Of a stretch of DNA of 64,000 nucleotides, positions 10,992 to 21,308 are shown one piece after another. How positions within the stretch are numbered: position 1 is the first letter of the stretch; every line of letters starts with the position of its first letter. Origin of the DNA: Schizochytrium sp. TIO01 (Eukaryota > Protista > Bigyra: Labyrinthulomycetes); the NCBI GenBank assembly GCA_004764695.1, contig SMSO01000014.1, positions 2,289,648-2,353,647 on the forward strand, read 5' to 3'. A program made the translations under genes and the position numbers. Under the pieces are notes generated by a model. That model saw only the letters and a list, made by a program, of their open reading frames with translations, did no database searches and had not been told where the DNA came from.

Positions 10992-13949
10992 ATGTCTGCT
11001 GCAGATGATGGCGGCGGCGGGGCGAATAGCTTATCACGAGAAACCAGTGCGCAGCAACGAAGAGATAATCGTCTTCCAGTGCCGACTGTGGCACCGACGG
11101 CAGCAAGCTCTGCATCAAACAGAGATGCGCGTGCACAAGAAGCCCTGCGCATGAAAGATGAACAACTACGTATGCTCACAGAACAAAATACTAAGCTGCT
11201 CAAGTCTCTTGATAGAGTTGAGGAAGAGGCAAGCCAAATTCAGAATGAGAAACTGGTTGTTGAGGAAGAATGCCGAAAGCTGAAGGACGAAAACTTCGAA
11301 GTAAAATCAAAGAATCGAGCTGTAGAAGCTGCTCTTCGTAAAATTGAGCAGGAGGTTGGAGATAGAGATCAGAAAATTAAGATCATGACGAGTCAAAACT
11401 CTGAGCTTCTGCGGCTTTTAGAGACAGAAGAAGCACAAACAGCAACACTAGAAAAGGAACGCAACACGCTGAGATCTTCGCTAGATGCTCTCAAAGACAA
11501 ATACAGCTCCCTTCTCACAACAGCCAAAACACATGAGGAGCTTGCCGGAAGAGCAGCTCGTGAAGGTCAACTTCGTGCGGAAGAACTTCGTTTGCTTCGA
11601 TCAGAGTGTGAACAACTGCGTGTGCAAAATGCAGACATGGAACGCAAGTCAGCAGTGGAGATAGAGTCACTACAAGAGCAACTTCGTGTTCGGAAAGAGA
11701 AACAATACCATTTGCTAGAAAAGATGCAGGCTGCTGATGAGGCGAAGCGCCAAGCAGAAGACCAGGCTACGGCTCTCACAGAGAAAATGCGGGCACTCCA
11801 TGCACGTACTGTAGAACTCGAGACGCAACTTCAAGTGGAGACCAAAGCAAAACGTGACCAGGAAGAAGCAAATCGTGCACTCTCAATTGAAGAGGAGAAT
11901 TTGCGGCGAAGCAACGCCGATTTGCAGGATAAAGCCCGTATGGCAGAAGAAGAGCGTCTTCGAATGGAAGCTGAGGCGCGTGACAGTGGAGAACAACTCC
12001 GCGAAATGGCAGAAAAAGTTTTCCAGTTGCTAGAGCGTTTGAAACTTGCTGAACTTGGCAAAAGCAAGTCGGTTGAACAACTTCGTAAGTGTGAGCAAGA
12101 ACTAGTCGCGATAAAAAAGAAAAGCTCAAGGTTGTTGAAGGAGTCAACAAAAGAAGGCAAGCAGCGGGTAAAAGCGGAGCTCGACAAAAAAGTCTTACTG
12201 GATCAGATTCGGTCTTTGAAAACCCATAATGCGCAGCTTGCACACCGCTGTAGAGAAGAAGTGAAATTCAAACTAAAAGAACACGACGAGCGAAAGGGAG
12301 CTGAAGAGAAAGTCCGTACATTGGGAGGTCGTCTCAGTTTTCTTCTCAACAAGCTTCAGGCTGATGAAGAAATCAAGATTCAACAACGAGAGGAAATTAA
12401 AAAGATGGAAGCCCAAATCAAGACCTTGCAGGAGCGATCCGATGAACTTCTTGTAAAACTCAATAGCACAGGTGAGTCGAACCGGATTGTGACTCAAGCA
12501 ATGCGTCTTAAACAAGAAGAGGTAGAGGGTCTTCAACTCAAATATGCTGCACTTATGAAAAAGATTCGTCAGAATGGCAAAGCCAATGCTTTCGGCTTTG
12601 AATCACCAGATAACGGGGATGAGGACCGTGGCGATGGCAAACATGACGCTGAGGAGCATATGGAGGAAGAGAAGCATGAGTATAGTTCCATGGGACGCAA
12701 TAATTCTGGAGAAGGCAATGACGATCCCTTTGATGAACCAGATCCCAAAGATGTTCGTGCTTCTGGTGGTAAGGGTCGATTTTACTTGGACCCAAAACCA
12801 ACACAAGGCACGATCTTAATTCGTGCAAAACGGAGTTCGGCCAAAAAACTTCTTGATCGCCTTGATATTAACCCGTATTTGAAGCGTTCACAACGCACAT
12901 CTAAATTCAAGGAATTAGTGATTGAGAAAATCACGCACATATTAGGCCTCCTAGTAGTCGAGGAGGATGAGCACCGTCTAACCATTCGTAATCTAGAAAG
13001 CCGCAAAGATCAAATCGATCATCTTGCTCAGAGGATTTCTAAGATGCAGCAAAGGGTCACAGATGAAGAAGATGCAAAGCGTAAAACTTTGCTGCGATAT
13101 GTTCAAGTTGTTAAAACGCAGGTGGAAGATGGTGTTTTGCAGCTTGCAGAAAGTGGAATTGGTGATGAAGAAATTCATGCTTTGGCAGCGACCTTGCGAG
13201 GTTCAACGAATGTGCGTGAGTTGAATATTCGCGACAATACCGTAACTGATTCGGGGGCTCGAGCGTTAGCTGCTTTGCTTGCAGGACCACCAGCCTGTTC
13301 ACTGCAGCTTGTAGATATCAGGAACAATCGCTTATCTGAATCAGGTGTCCGTCTTCTAGCAGAAGCATTGGAGCGGGCTCAAGCTACCCGACACGTATAT
13401 GTGCATGCAGGAGGCAAAATCGAAGCGCTTGGTACGAGGTCAATTGGAAATGATGAACAAGATCGTGGTCCTCAGTCTCTAGCAGCTTCAGTTGCAGTAC
13501 ATACCGTTTGCGTTGTTGATGCACGAAGCCAGCGGAATGTTAATGCAGAAGATGATGAGCAGGCACTTGCTGAGGCAGCTATAACACCTCGAGTAGGGGA
13601 CGGCGAATTCGAGGGAGCAAGTCCTTTGCGCATCCCCTCGCCTCGTGGAACTGATAATCTTGGAGGATCTATAGCTGATGGATCTCGGGAGACTCCTAAA
13701 CGAAGCAAGGGCGTATCGAAACGTGATCGCAAGAAAGCGAAAGAAGACCAACGATTATTGAAAGCAGAACAAGGATGGCGGGGTCGAGCAGCGGGTTTTG
13801 ATATTCCACTTCAATCAGCAACGTCTCCAAATGGTACGGGTTCAGGGCCAGTATCCCGTACACAATCTGAGAGCAATCTACCACCCTTGACTCCACCTGA
13901 AAAGACATCGTCTTCCTCAACTAGAAACAAGCCCTCGCAATCTAAATAG
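10992..13949 (+). CDS. Coiled-coil protein with C-terminal RI-like leucine-rich repeats (985 aa)
   Basis: ~480-aa coiled coil, acidic linker, then LRRs LQLAESGIGDEEIHALAATL / LNIRDNTVTDSGARALAALL / VDIRNNRLSESGVRLLAEAL, and a disordered S/P-rich tail. Confidence 0.9.
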   Translation: MSAADDGGGGANSLSRETSAQQRRDNRLPVPTVAPTAASSASNRDARAQEALRMKDEQLRMLTEQNTKLLKSLDRVEEEASQIQNEKLVVEEECRKLKDENFEVKSKNRAVEAALRKIEQEVGDRDQKIKIMTSQNSELLRLLETEEAQTATLEKERNTLRSSLDALKDKYSSLLTTAKTHEELAGRAAREGQLRAEELRLLRSECEQLRVQNADMERKSAVEIESLQEQLRVRKEKQYHLLEKMQAADEAKRQAEDQATALTEKMRALHARTVELETQLQVETKAKRDQEEANRALSIEEENLRRSNADLQDKARMAEEERLRMEAEARDSGEQLREMAEKVFQLLERLKLAELGKSKSVEQLRKCEQELVAIKKKSSRLLKESTKEGKQRVKAELDKKVLLDQIRSLKTHNAQLAHRCREEVKFKLKEHDERKGAEEKVRTLGGRLSFLLNKLQADEEIKIQQREEIKKMEAQIKTLQERSDELLVKLNSTGESNRIVTQAMRLKQEEVEGLQLKYAALMKKIRQNGKANAFGFESPDNGDEDRGDGKHDAEEHMEEEKHEYSSMGRNNSGEGNDDPFDEPDPKDVRASGGKGRFYLDPKPTQGTILIRAKRSSAKKLLDRLDINPYLKRSQRTSKFKELVIEKITHILGLLVVEEDEHRLTIRNLESRKDQIDHLAQRISKMQQRVTDEEDAKRKTLLRYVQVVKTQVEDGVLQLAESGIGDEEIHALAATLRGSTNVRELNIRDNTVTDSGARALAALLAGPPACSLQLVDIRNNRLSESGVRLLAEALERAQATRHVYVHAGGKIEALGTRSIGNDEQDRGPQSLAASVAVHTVCVVDARSQRNVNAEDDEQALAEAAITPRVGDGEFEGASPLRIPSPRGTDNLGGSIADGSRETPKRSKGVSKRDRKKAKEDQRLLKAEQGWRGRAAGFDIPLQSATSPNGTGSGPVSRTQSESNLPPLTPPEKTSSSSTRNKPSQSK

Positions 13950-14767
13950 ATAGTATATATTACCTTTTTAATTTACGCCTTATGCTGTGTTTGTTACTTT
14001 TCCCTTTAGAGGGAAACATTAGCAAACAAAAATGCTACATGTGCACGTGTGTTTGTGTGCTCACTGTGGGATTAAATGTTTCCATGCAAACTGTAAGAAG
14101 AACAATGTACAGTGTACCTTCATTTAGACAAATTGCTGTGTAGATAAACTCAATGGTGGTAGCAGGACAGCGATAGTATTCGCTCCTTTTCCTAAATCTT
14201 GTGAGCAGTGAGGCCCCTGCTTGTAGAATTTGGTGTGAATGATTAGGTGGATGCTTGAAACGGGGCAGCGAAATAGCAGAGACAGATCGAAGAATCATAG
14301 AAGATTCAGCCGACCCAACATTTTTTTTGAACCGGTAGGCAATTAATAAAGCACAAACACTGTCTACTTTATAGCATTGTAAAAAGTATCATGTTTTCTT
14401 GCCTAATTGCGCCAATCGGGTTTTCAGAGAGACACGATTGGAAATACGGTTGATAATGAAGGAGGACTGCGCAAATGGACAAAAACCAAATACAGAGGAA
14501 TTACCGTCACAATCGATAGCGCTTGCTTGCATACCTGCCAGGTAGCCCGCTTTATCTAGATATTACTGGCAGTGATCAAATAACCAAAGGGCCCTTGATG
14601 TTGGGACAGTTGCGTGATGTGTCATGATCAACCATGCACCTATCTTGATCCTTGTAATTCTAAATTAGGACCCAATGACAGCAACTTTGGCTGGTTGGAT
14701 TCGTAGTTGGCTGGTTGGAACACTTCGCGTGAAGCGTTGCATAGCTTACGGTATTTGAAAGAGCAGG

Positions 14768-16786
14768 TCAGTTTCTTGTTTGGTTTTGTTTCTTGCGTGG
14801 GGGCTCCATTTTTTGGGATTCCTCGTTTTGATAGGTCTGGCGGTCTGTCATTTCCACCTCTTCACCGTAATGTCGTGTTTGGCGGAACTGGTTTGGTAAA
14901 GAGCTAGTAAAATTACTTGGAACGGCCCTGTTGTTGTTGTTGCTGCTGTTGCTGATACTGCGATGCTGATACTGGTTTTGCTGGTATGATGGGTAAAGAG
15001 TTTGATTGAGTTGTTGATAGCGGTCCTTGTCCATCGAATTTTGACGAAAATTTAGGAGATTCTGTTGTGTTTGTTGGTGGGCTTGAGGTCCGCCATACGT
15101 TGAGTCTCGATCAAAATATCTTTGAGGTTGCAAATGATTTTGCTGGTACATATGTAAAAAGTTACTCGGACCTGAGTTTCGCTGATGGAAGGTTTGCTGC
15201 TGGAGAGCTTGGGGTTGAGCACCATAGTAGTCCATTTGCTGTTGCTGCTGCGACGTTTGATGAAAGTTCCTGTAAATGGCATTGGCACTCGTACCACCAA
15301 ACCGGTTTACCTCATCATCCCCACTGTCTTCTCTGTCACCTCTACTGTGCCCAGATAGCGCGTGGTGATGTTGGTGATGATGGTAGTGGTGGTGGCTGGT
15401 GCTGCTACTGCTACTGCTACTGTTACTTCCACTGTTACCGTTCATGTTGTCAACATCTTCGTCCACGTCCTCCTCTTCATCATCACCTTCGTTTAAAAGA
15501 GGACCGTTTTCGTCATCATCGTCGTCCTCGGCGTTGTTGACCATACCATGATGCATTTGGTGTGTTGAAGATGATCCGTTGTTGTTAGTGCCAGAATTAT
15601 TGCTGTTAGCGCGGAGCTGATTTGTGAGGTAAAAGGAAAGTTTCACATGAGCTTCGTGCTCCCTTGCATCAAGTGTATCTTGGTCCTCCTCATCACCAAG
15701 ACCTGACGATGACCTAATATTGCTATGATAGCGTTGGCTATCATGAATGTAGTTATTTGAATGATCATCATGGCCATGAACATCGTGAACATTTTCTTCA
15801 TCCTCAGCTATATCAAGGTGGTGATGGTGGTGGTGATGGTCATGAGGATCGTGGTGATGATGAAGTTGGTGGTGGTCGTGGTGGTCGTGGCCTGACATGT
15901 TAATGTCATGTGTTGCATGAATAAGCTCAGGAGAGATCGCGTCCTCTTCATCCTCTTCATCATAGATCTCAAGTGATGGCAGCGTGATTGATGCTGCTTG
16001 GGCGACAGCCTGTGCAACAGCAGTAGCATGCAGTTCATCAACCTCCGTATTGCGTCTATGGCGTTCGAGAAGTTCGTGTTGAAGGCATCGCCTGCTTCTA
16101 GTACGAGCTCTTTTAGTGCACCCGTATTCTACACAGTAGCCGGTGTGTTCCGCGCAAAGTCCTGTGCGTGGCTGCCCTGCCCTTGTACAACCTGGCTGCA
16201 GACACTGTTTTCCGCCACCATGCCGCATACATTTCCCTGTGTTACCCAGAGCGGATTTGTTGCACCCATCTTCGCAGCATCTATTGCCGCCACCATGACC
16301 AATACAAAAGGCAGTAGCGCCACGAACAGATTTTCCACAACCTTCAATTTGGCACCTGCGACCTCCGCCATGCGAGTAGCAGAAGCTCGACACACCTTGA
16401 ACTCTTCGAAAGCATCCTTCACGAGCGCACTGTTTGCCTCCACCATGTTCCACACATAGTCCTCGAGCCCGAGATACTTTGTCGCAGCCGGGTGTCGAGC
16501 ATCGAGCTCCGCCTCCATGAGCCTGGCATCGTGAGGATCGGCCTTGGGCAGCTCTTGTGCACCCAGGTTCTTCGCATCGACGACCTCCTCCATGATTCAG
16601 ACAGAGTCCTCGAGACTTAGCATACCGGAGGCACCCAGGAGCAGTGCATTTGCGCTTGCCTACTCGAGATGCGCGGTCCAATGGCGCTCCTCCAGCAGAA
16701 TTCGAAACCAGGTTCGACGACAAGTCTCCATTATTAGTGGTCATCATGGAGTTGAGGTTCATGCTTACATCCATACCCACATCCAT
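14768..16786 (-). CDS. WRKY19-like Cys/His zinc-finger repeat protein with His-rich, acidic and Q/N-rich regions
   Basis: About 8 tandem C-x4-C-x8/9-C-x2-H(GGG) units (e.g. CTAPGCLRYAKSRGLCLNHGGG); C-terminal basic NLS-like PPRKKQ. First in-frame ATG is 16786 (the ORF-track start at 16846 is TTG). Confidence 0.9.
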   Translation of the reverse strand: MDVGMDVSMNLNSMMTTNNGDLSSNLVSNSAGGAPLDRASRVGKRKCTAPGCLRYAKSRGLCLNHGGGRRCEEPGCTRAAQGRSSRCQAHGGGARCSTPGCDKVSRARGLCVEHGGGKQCAREGCFRRVQGVSSFCYSHGGGRRCQIEGCGKSVRGATAFCIGHGGGNRCCEDGCNKSALGNTGKCMRHGGGKQCLQPGCTRAGQPRTGLCAEHTGYCVEYGCTKRARTRSRRCLQHELLERHRRNTEVDELHATAVAQAVAQAASITLPSLEIYDEEDEEDAISPELIHATHDINMSGHDHHDHHQLHHHHDPHDHHHHHHHLDIAEDEENVHDVHGHDDHSNNYIHDSQRYHSNIRSSSGLGDEEDQDTLDAREHEAHVKLSFYLTNQLRANSNNSGTNNNGSSSTHQMHHGMVNNAEDDDDDENGPLLNEGDDEEEDVDEDVDNMNGNSGSNSSSSSSSTSHHHYHHHQHHHALSGHSRGDREDSGDDEVNRFGGTSANAIYRNFHQTSQQQQQMDYYGAQPQALQQQTFHQRNSGPSNFLHMYQQNHLQPQRYFDRDSTYGGPQAHQQTQQNLLNFRQNSMDKDRYQQLNQTLYPSYQQNQYQHRSISNSSNNNNRAVPSNFTSSLPNQFRQTRHYGEEVEMTDRQTYQNEESQKMEPPRKKQNQTRN

Positions 16787-16908
16787 GGTGGAATTCCTGC
16801 TCGAACCGCTGTTGTTGCAGATGATGTTGTAGGCTTTGATATCCAATTTGCTATTAAGATTGGTTTTGCTCGACGTTTGTCGAAGATGTTCTTGAAGATG
16901 TTCTTGAA

Positions 16909-16909
16909 G

Positions 16910-16956
<47 letters not shown>

Positions 16957-16957
16957 G
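16909..16957. repeat. (GTT)n/(CAA)n trinucleotide repeat upstream of the zinc-finger gene start
   Basis: About 16 perfect units, next to a 12-nt duplication AGATGTTCTTGA. Confidence 0.95.
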
Positions 16958-17451
16958 AGCAGACGATACGAAGAAGTAGCAGAAACAGAGGTCTTAAAGA
17001 CGGCGAGAGATAATGCCGGTAAAGAATAAAGCAACCTTAAGGAGAATTGCGAGCTCTTCAGAGGAGTGGAGACGCTGCTACCGCTGCGGCTGCTGTTACT
17101 GCTGCTGCTCTTAGGGGCCACAAAGTGGAGAATGTCAGCCAAGAATGAAGGCGGCAGAAGAGGGCATGACCTAAAAGAACAGCGAAAGCGGAGGAGAGGG
17201 AGGGTACGGAGGGGCGACTAGACAGAGGACGGTGCTCCTCCGCACGTCCAGAACGAAGGCGGGATGCAGACGACTCGCGGTTAGGCGACGGCGCCGGCGC
17301 CCTCTTCTCGAGAAGACCTTTTGTTTATAATTTATTAAGTAGGACAGGTTCGTAGACATACAGGCATACTACTGCATATATATACATGCAGACAGACAGA
17401 AGTAGAAGAGAGGAGAGAAATAGAAGAGAGGAGAAAAGAAGGAGGAAGAAG

Positions 17452-17522
17452 ATGAATGAGTGAATGAAATAATGAATGAATGAAATAATGAATGAATGAA
17501 TGAATGAATGAATGAATGAATG
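17452..17522. repeat. (GAAT)n microsatellite, (ATTC)n on the minus strand
   Basis: Directly visible; lies upstream of the minus-strand zinc-finger gene. Confidence 0.9.
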
Positions 17523-17877
17523 GCATCATCCTAGTAAATATATTTACATGAAAACGTTTTTATTATATATTTAAAGATAAGATAAGAATAGCTTTATTTT
17601 ATATGTAAATATATTTATTTCTTCTGAGGCTTTGTTTTTTACTTTCAGATTTCAGTAGGAGGATAGTACCGATAGGCACCTAAGTAGGTAATAGTGCTCT
17701 CTTTTTAACTCTCCCTTCCCGCACTCTTACTATTGATCTATTTGTGAGTCAAAGCAAATCATTCATATTTGTAAACATTATTTACTCAAGGGTACTGGCC
17801 TGATAAACAGAAACAGGAAATAAATGCTAGGTGTTACCTAATTAAACTTATACTAAGTCAAGGAAACATATTTTGTC

Positions 17878-17884
<7 letters not shown>

Positions 17885-17912
<28 letters not shown>
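17885..17912. repeat. Poly(A) tract, 28 nt
   Basis: Directly visible. Confidence 0.9.
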
Positions 17913-17914
<2 letters not shown>

Positions 17915-19059
17915 GGGGAAAAGCAGTCCTATTATGGTAGTGGTAGCATAAAAACTACTAGTTACAGAGGAGAAAAAGTAAGGAAACGTAGAGAAGGATA
18001 AATGGGTTACTACTAATGTTTTACCATCATGTTTATTTATTTATTTTTTCAACAAAAGCTATTGAGAATGAACTGGAAACCCTCTAGCTAGAGAAAGAAG
18101 AGATAAAAAGACAAGAAGTGGATTCATACTACTTGTATACTCCAGCACGGCAGTGAAAAGGTACCGCGAATGTCAGCATAGAGAACCCGTACCTAGTACT
18201 CCAGAGCATAGGGTAGTTGTAGAGTACATAACCATATTATCGCAGTGATGACAGCAAGACTGAAAGAGCTTTAGTGATCTCACCTACGAGCCATTGCAAT
18301 AGTTTTAGTCGTAGTCGTAAATCAACTTCAAAAGGTGAAAGAATAGTTGTAGGTACTTCCCTAGGCACCTGCTAGGCGTGATGGGTAATGGTCAGAACCC
18401 TTCTTGAAGGGAATCATCACTTGGGAGAAGGAAAACCTCAACCTTTGGAGATGCACTGCAGAGAGAAAGGACCGTCCTCTAAACATGCTATGGCATGTTG
18501 GCTTCAAATTGGCACGCGAGGAGGGGCACCTCTTGGCTCTCTTACTTACCTCAAGTTGTTGGTAAAACTTTTCTTCACTGATTCACTCTTGGATAAAATT
18601 CTTTGTCAGTCTAGGATTGTTATTCTTACTCCAAATGCTTTTATTTTGTTTTCTAAAACTCGTGATAGACTTATCTCTGAAGGAACCTTGTTGTCTGTGC
18701 TTCGTTGGTTCCTCACATCCAGCTAGCTCTAGCTACAGTAATGCTACACCTCAGACCAAAACTCCTTTTCTTTCATTTCAGAATAGTGTTAGTTTAACTT
18801 TTTATTTAGTTTAATCTTAAAATAGATAAATGGAAAATGGAAAATGAAAGATGAGACACTACCCAATCGAAAAAAGAACAGAACTGCACGCTCGCTCACA
18901 ATTGTCAGGCCTCTGTAAAATATATAGAAAGCCAAGATCGCCATAACCCGTTAGACAAGGTGGGTAAACGAAGCAGCGCCACGGTTCTCTTGCAGTTCAA
19001 AAATGCAAGAGATCGCAAAACTGGTCGCCATTCTAGATCGGATTAGTCGATCCATTCGT

Positions 19060-19276
19060 ACATTCGATCGTTCGTTCATTCGATCGTTCATTCATTCGAT
19101 CGTTCATTCATTCGATCGTTCATTCATTCGATCGTTCATTCATTCATTCATTCATTCATTCATTCATTTATTGAATCATTCACTGAAAAACTCATAGAAT
19201 CGACCATTCATCGATGAGTCTGCTCGGAACCATTGGAGCCCTTAACCTCGTACAGTCAGTCAGTCAGTCAGTCAGT
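19060..19276. repeat. (TTCA)n with GATC interruptions followed by (CAGT)n
   Basis: Directly visible; source of the spurious FIHS-repeat ORF. Confidence 0.92.
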
Positions 19277-19636
19277 TGGCCCTGTTCGTGGTCCCCAGGA
19301 TCTATCTGTTCACGAACAAGTTCGCAGCTCCTATTGGGACCACCAGAGCCGAGTCTAGCTACTAGAGTCTAGTCTTGCCAGCTTGTGAGACAGAGCACTG
19401 GAGGAAGCCAGAAACTCGGATTGCTCGATGGTGAGACTGAAGTAGCTACCAAGCGCAGCGAGAACCAACCTGCTGTCTGAGTTTGACTTCGACTTTGGGG
19501 TCTTCTGTTTGTTTGTTTGTTTGTTTGTTTGTTTATTTACCTGAGACACCCTCTTTGTGGCTGACAGCATCGAATTCAAGGTTCATCCACGCCAAACGAA
19601 AGTCGGATGCAGCGCGGCCTTCGGAGGTGCTCACAC

Positions 19637-19866
19637 GACTGACTGACTCACTGACTCACTGAATGAATGACTGAATGAATGACTGATTGAATGAATGAAT
19701 GAATGAATGAATGAATGAATGAATGAATGAATGAATGAATGAATGAATGAATGACTGACTGAATGAATGAATGAATGAATGAATGACTGATTGAATGAAT
19801 GAATGACTGATTGAATGAATGACTGACTGATTGAATGAATGAATGAATGAATGAATGAATGAATGA
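19637..19866. repeat. (ACTG)n followed by a long (TGAA)n/(TGAC) compound microsatellite
   Basis: Directly visible; reverse-complement orientation relative to 19060-19276. Confidence 0.95.
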
Positions 19867-21277
19867 AGAAGTCCGAGCGAACAGCCCGTCCCACAGAGCA
19901 CGGGAAAGCACCCAGAGGAGTGGCGCATAGTTTGCAGCGAGATCACGATTTCAACATCTTGGAGAATCGCGATCGAACGAACGATCAATCGAGCAGTAAA
20001 ATCTCAATGACATAGTTAGGCACCTAAGCTAGCTAGCGCTGTAGCTAGCTAAGCTAACCTCTGCTTTTCGAGGCCCGACAGTAATGGTTTGGCCGAAGCT
20101 GAAAGATTGATTGCTTCTGACCTCCGTGTCAATGACAGTTTGCATGAATGAAGCGCTCTCTTCGTGCAAGTCAACTAGGTACCTGCTTAGCCAGCTGATT
20201 AGGACGCTCAGAGGGGAAGCAGTTGGCGGCAAAGGACCTCTCACTTTTAAAGAGGTTGCGTCATAAGTACAAAAGAAGACAACAGAAGACAAAAGAAGAC
20301 AAAAGAAGACAAAAGAGAATAAGGTTAATAATTCTAAAAAGTTGATTTGTTACGAACGTAGGATCGGGGAAAGGTTAGTTACCTACGTACCTACTGCCTG
20401 ATTGTTGAAAACTTGAGTGAAAGAGGAAAAGTCAATAGCTAGCCTCGCATACCTGCCTAACTAACTTCTACTGAGATGGTCAAGTTAAGTCTCCTTCCTC
20501 TCCTTCCAGTCGTAGAAAGGCAGTAAGTAACGAGTGAAAACTTGTGAGAAAGAGAAGCCACCGATCGAAGTTCGAAGTCAGCGGCTAACCTGAAGTCGCA
20601 AAGAAAACCATCGCAGAAACGAGCACAGGGATCCTGAGACTGGCAGGAAGGCGAAATATTTACTGGTTATGGAAAGCAAACCGAGCAGACAGTCCGGATG
20701 AATTCGAGACAACGGGAGATAACAAAGCACTGACCCGAATCCACATAACGCATAGCTAGCTAGCTATACATAGACAGGTTCGTAGATAGATAGTTAAACA
20801 GGTATCCAGCAGTGCGAAATACATCATCGTGAAGGAGGACGTGTTCCAAGACGTCCATCTCTCGCTTAAGGCATGCAAGCAAGCAAGCATGCAAGCAGGT
20901 AGGTAGAAAAGCCAGGTATAGGTACCTAGCTAGCTACGATCTTGAGGTTGAAGATCCAACTAGCTAGGTGGCTGCCTGGCCAAAGCACGTACTGCCAAGC
21001 TATTATCTATCTGACTGGACTGGCCGTCAACATCGCTCTCAGCATCATCGCACTGGAATCATCGTCTTTCAGAAACGTTCTTCATCTCAAGTGACCAGGT
21101 TTTGTCAACGTACCAGTGTAGTACCTGAGACAATATATAACTTTGCTCCATGAAGCCAAAGGGTTCAAAAGAGGAGCAGACTGCTGACGGACGAGTGCGG
21201 GCGAGTGATTGGTCCAACATCCAAAGAGCTCTCCGAGTACAACGCTGGACTTAACGGTTGCTCTCGCCAAGTTATTG

Positions 21278-21308
<31 letters not shown>

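Noticed and set aside
19003-19988. ORFs made of FIHS/SFIQ repeats (also 17335-17529) and poly-Leu/Asn/Thr ORFs at 16544-17142, 21082-21709 and 51621-51980
   Set aside because: Translations of stop-free microsatellites.
20271-20316. 10-nt tandem repeats (AAAAGAAGAC; also TTTTAAAGTC at ~29213-29243) and a 13-nt direct repeat at ~14687-14719, considered as CRISPR-like arrays
   Set aside because: Too short, no unique spacers of regular length, no cas genes, eukaryotic context.
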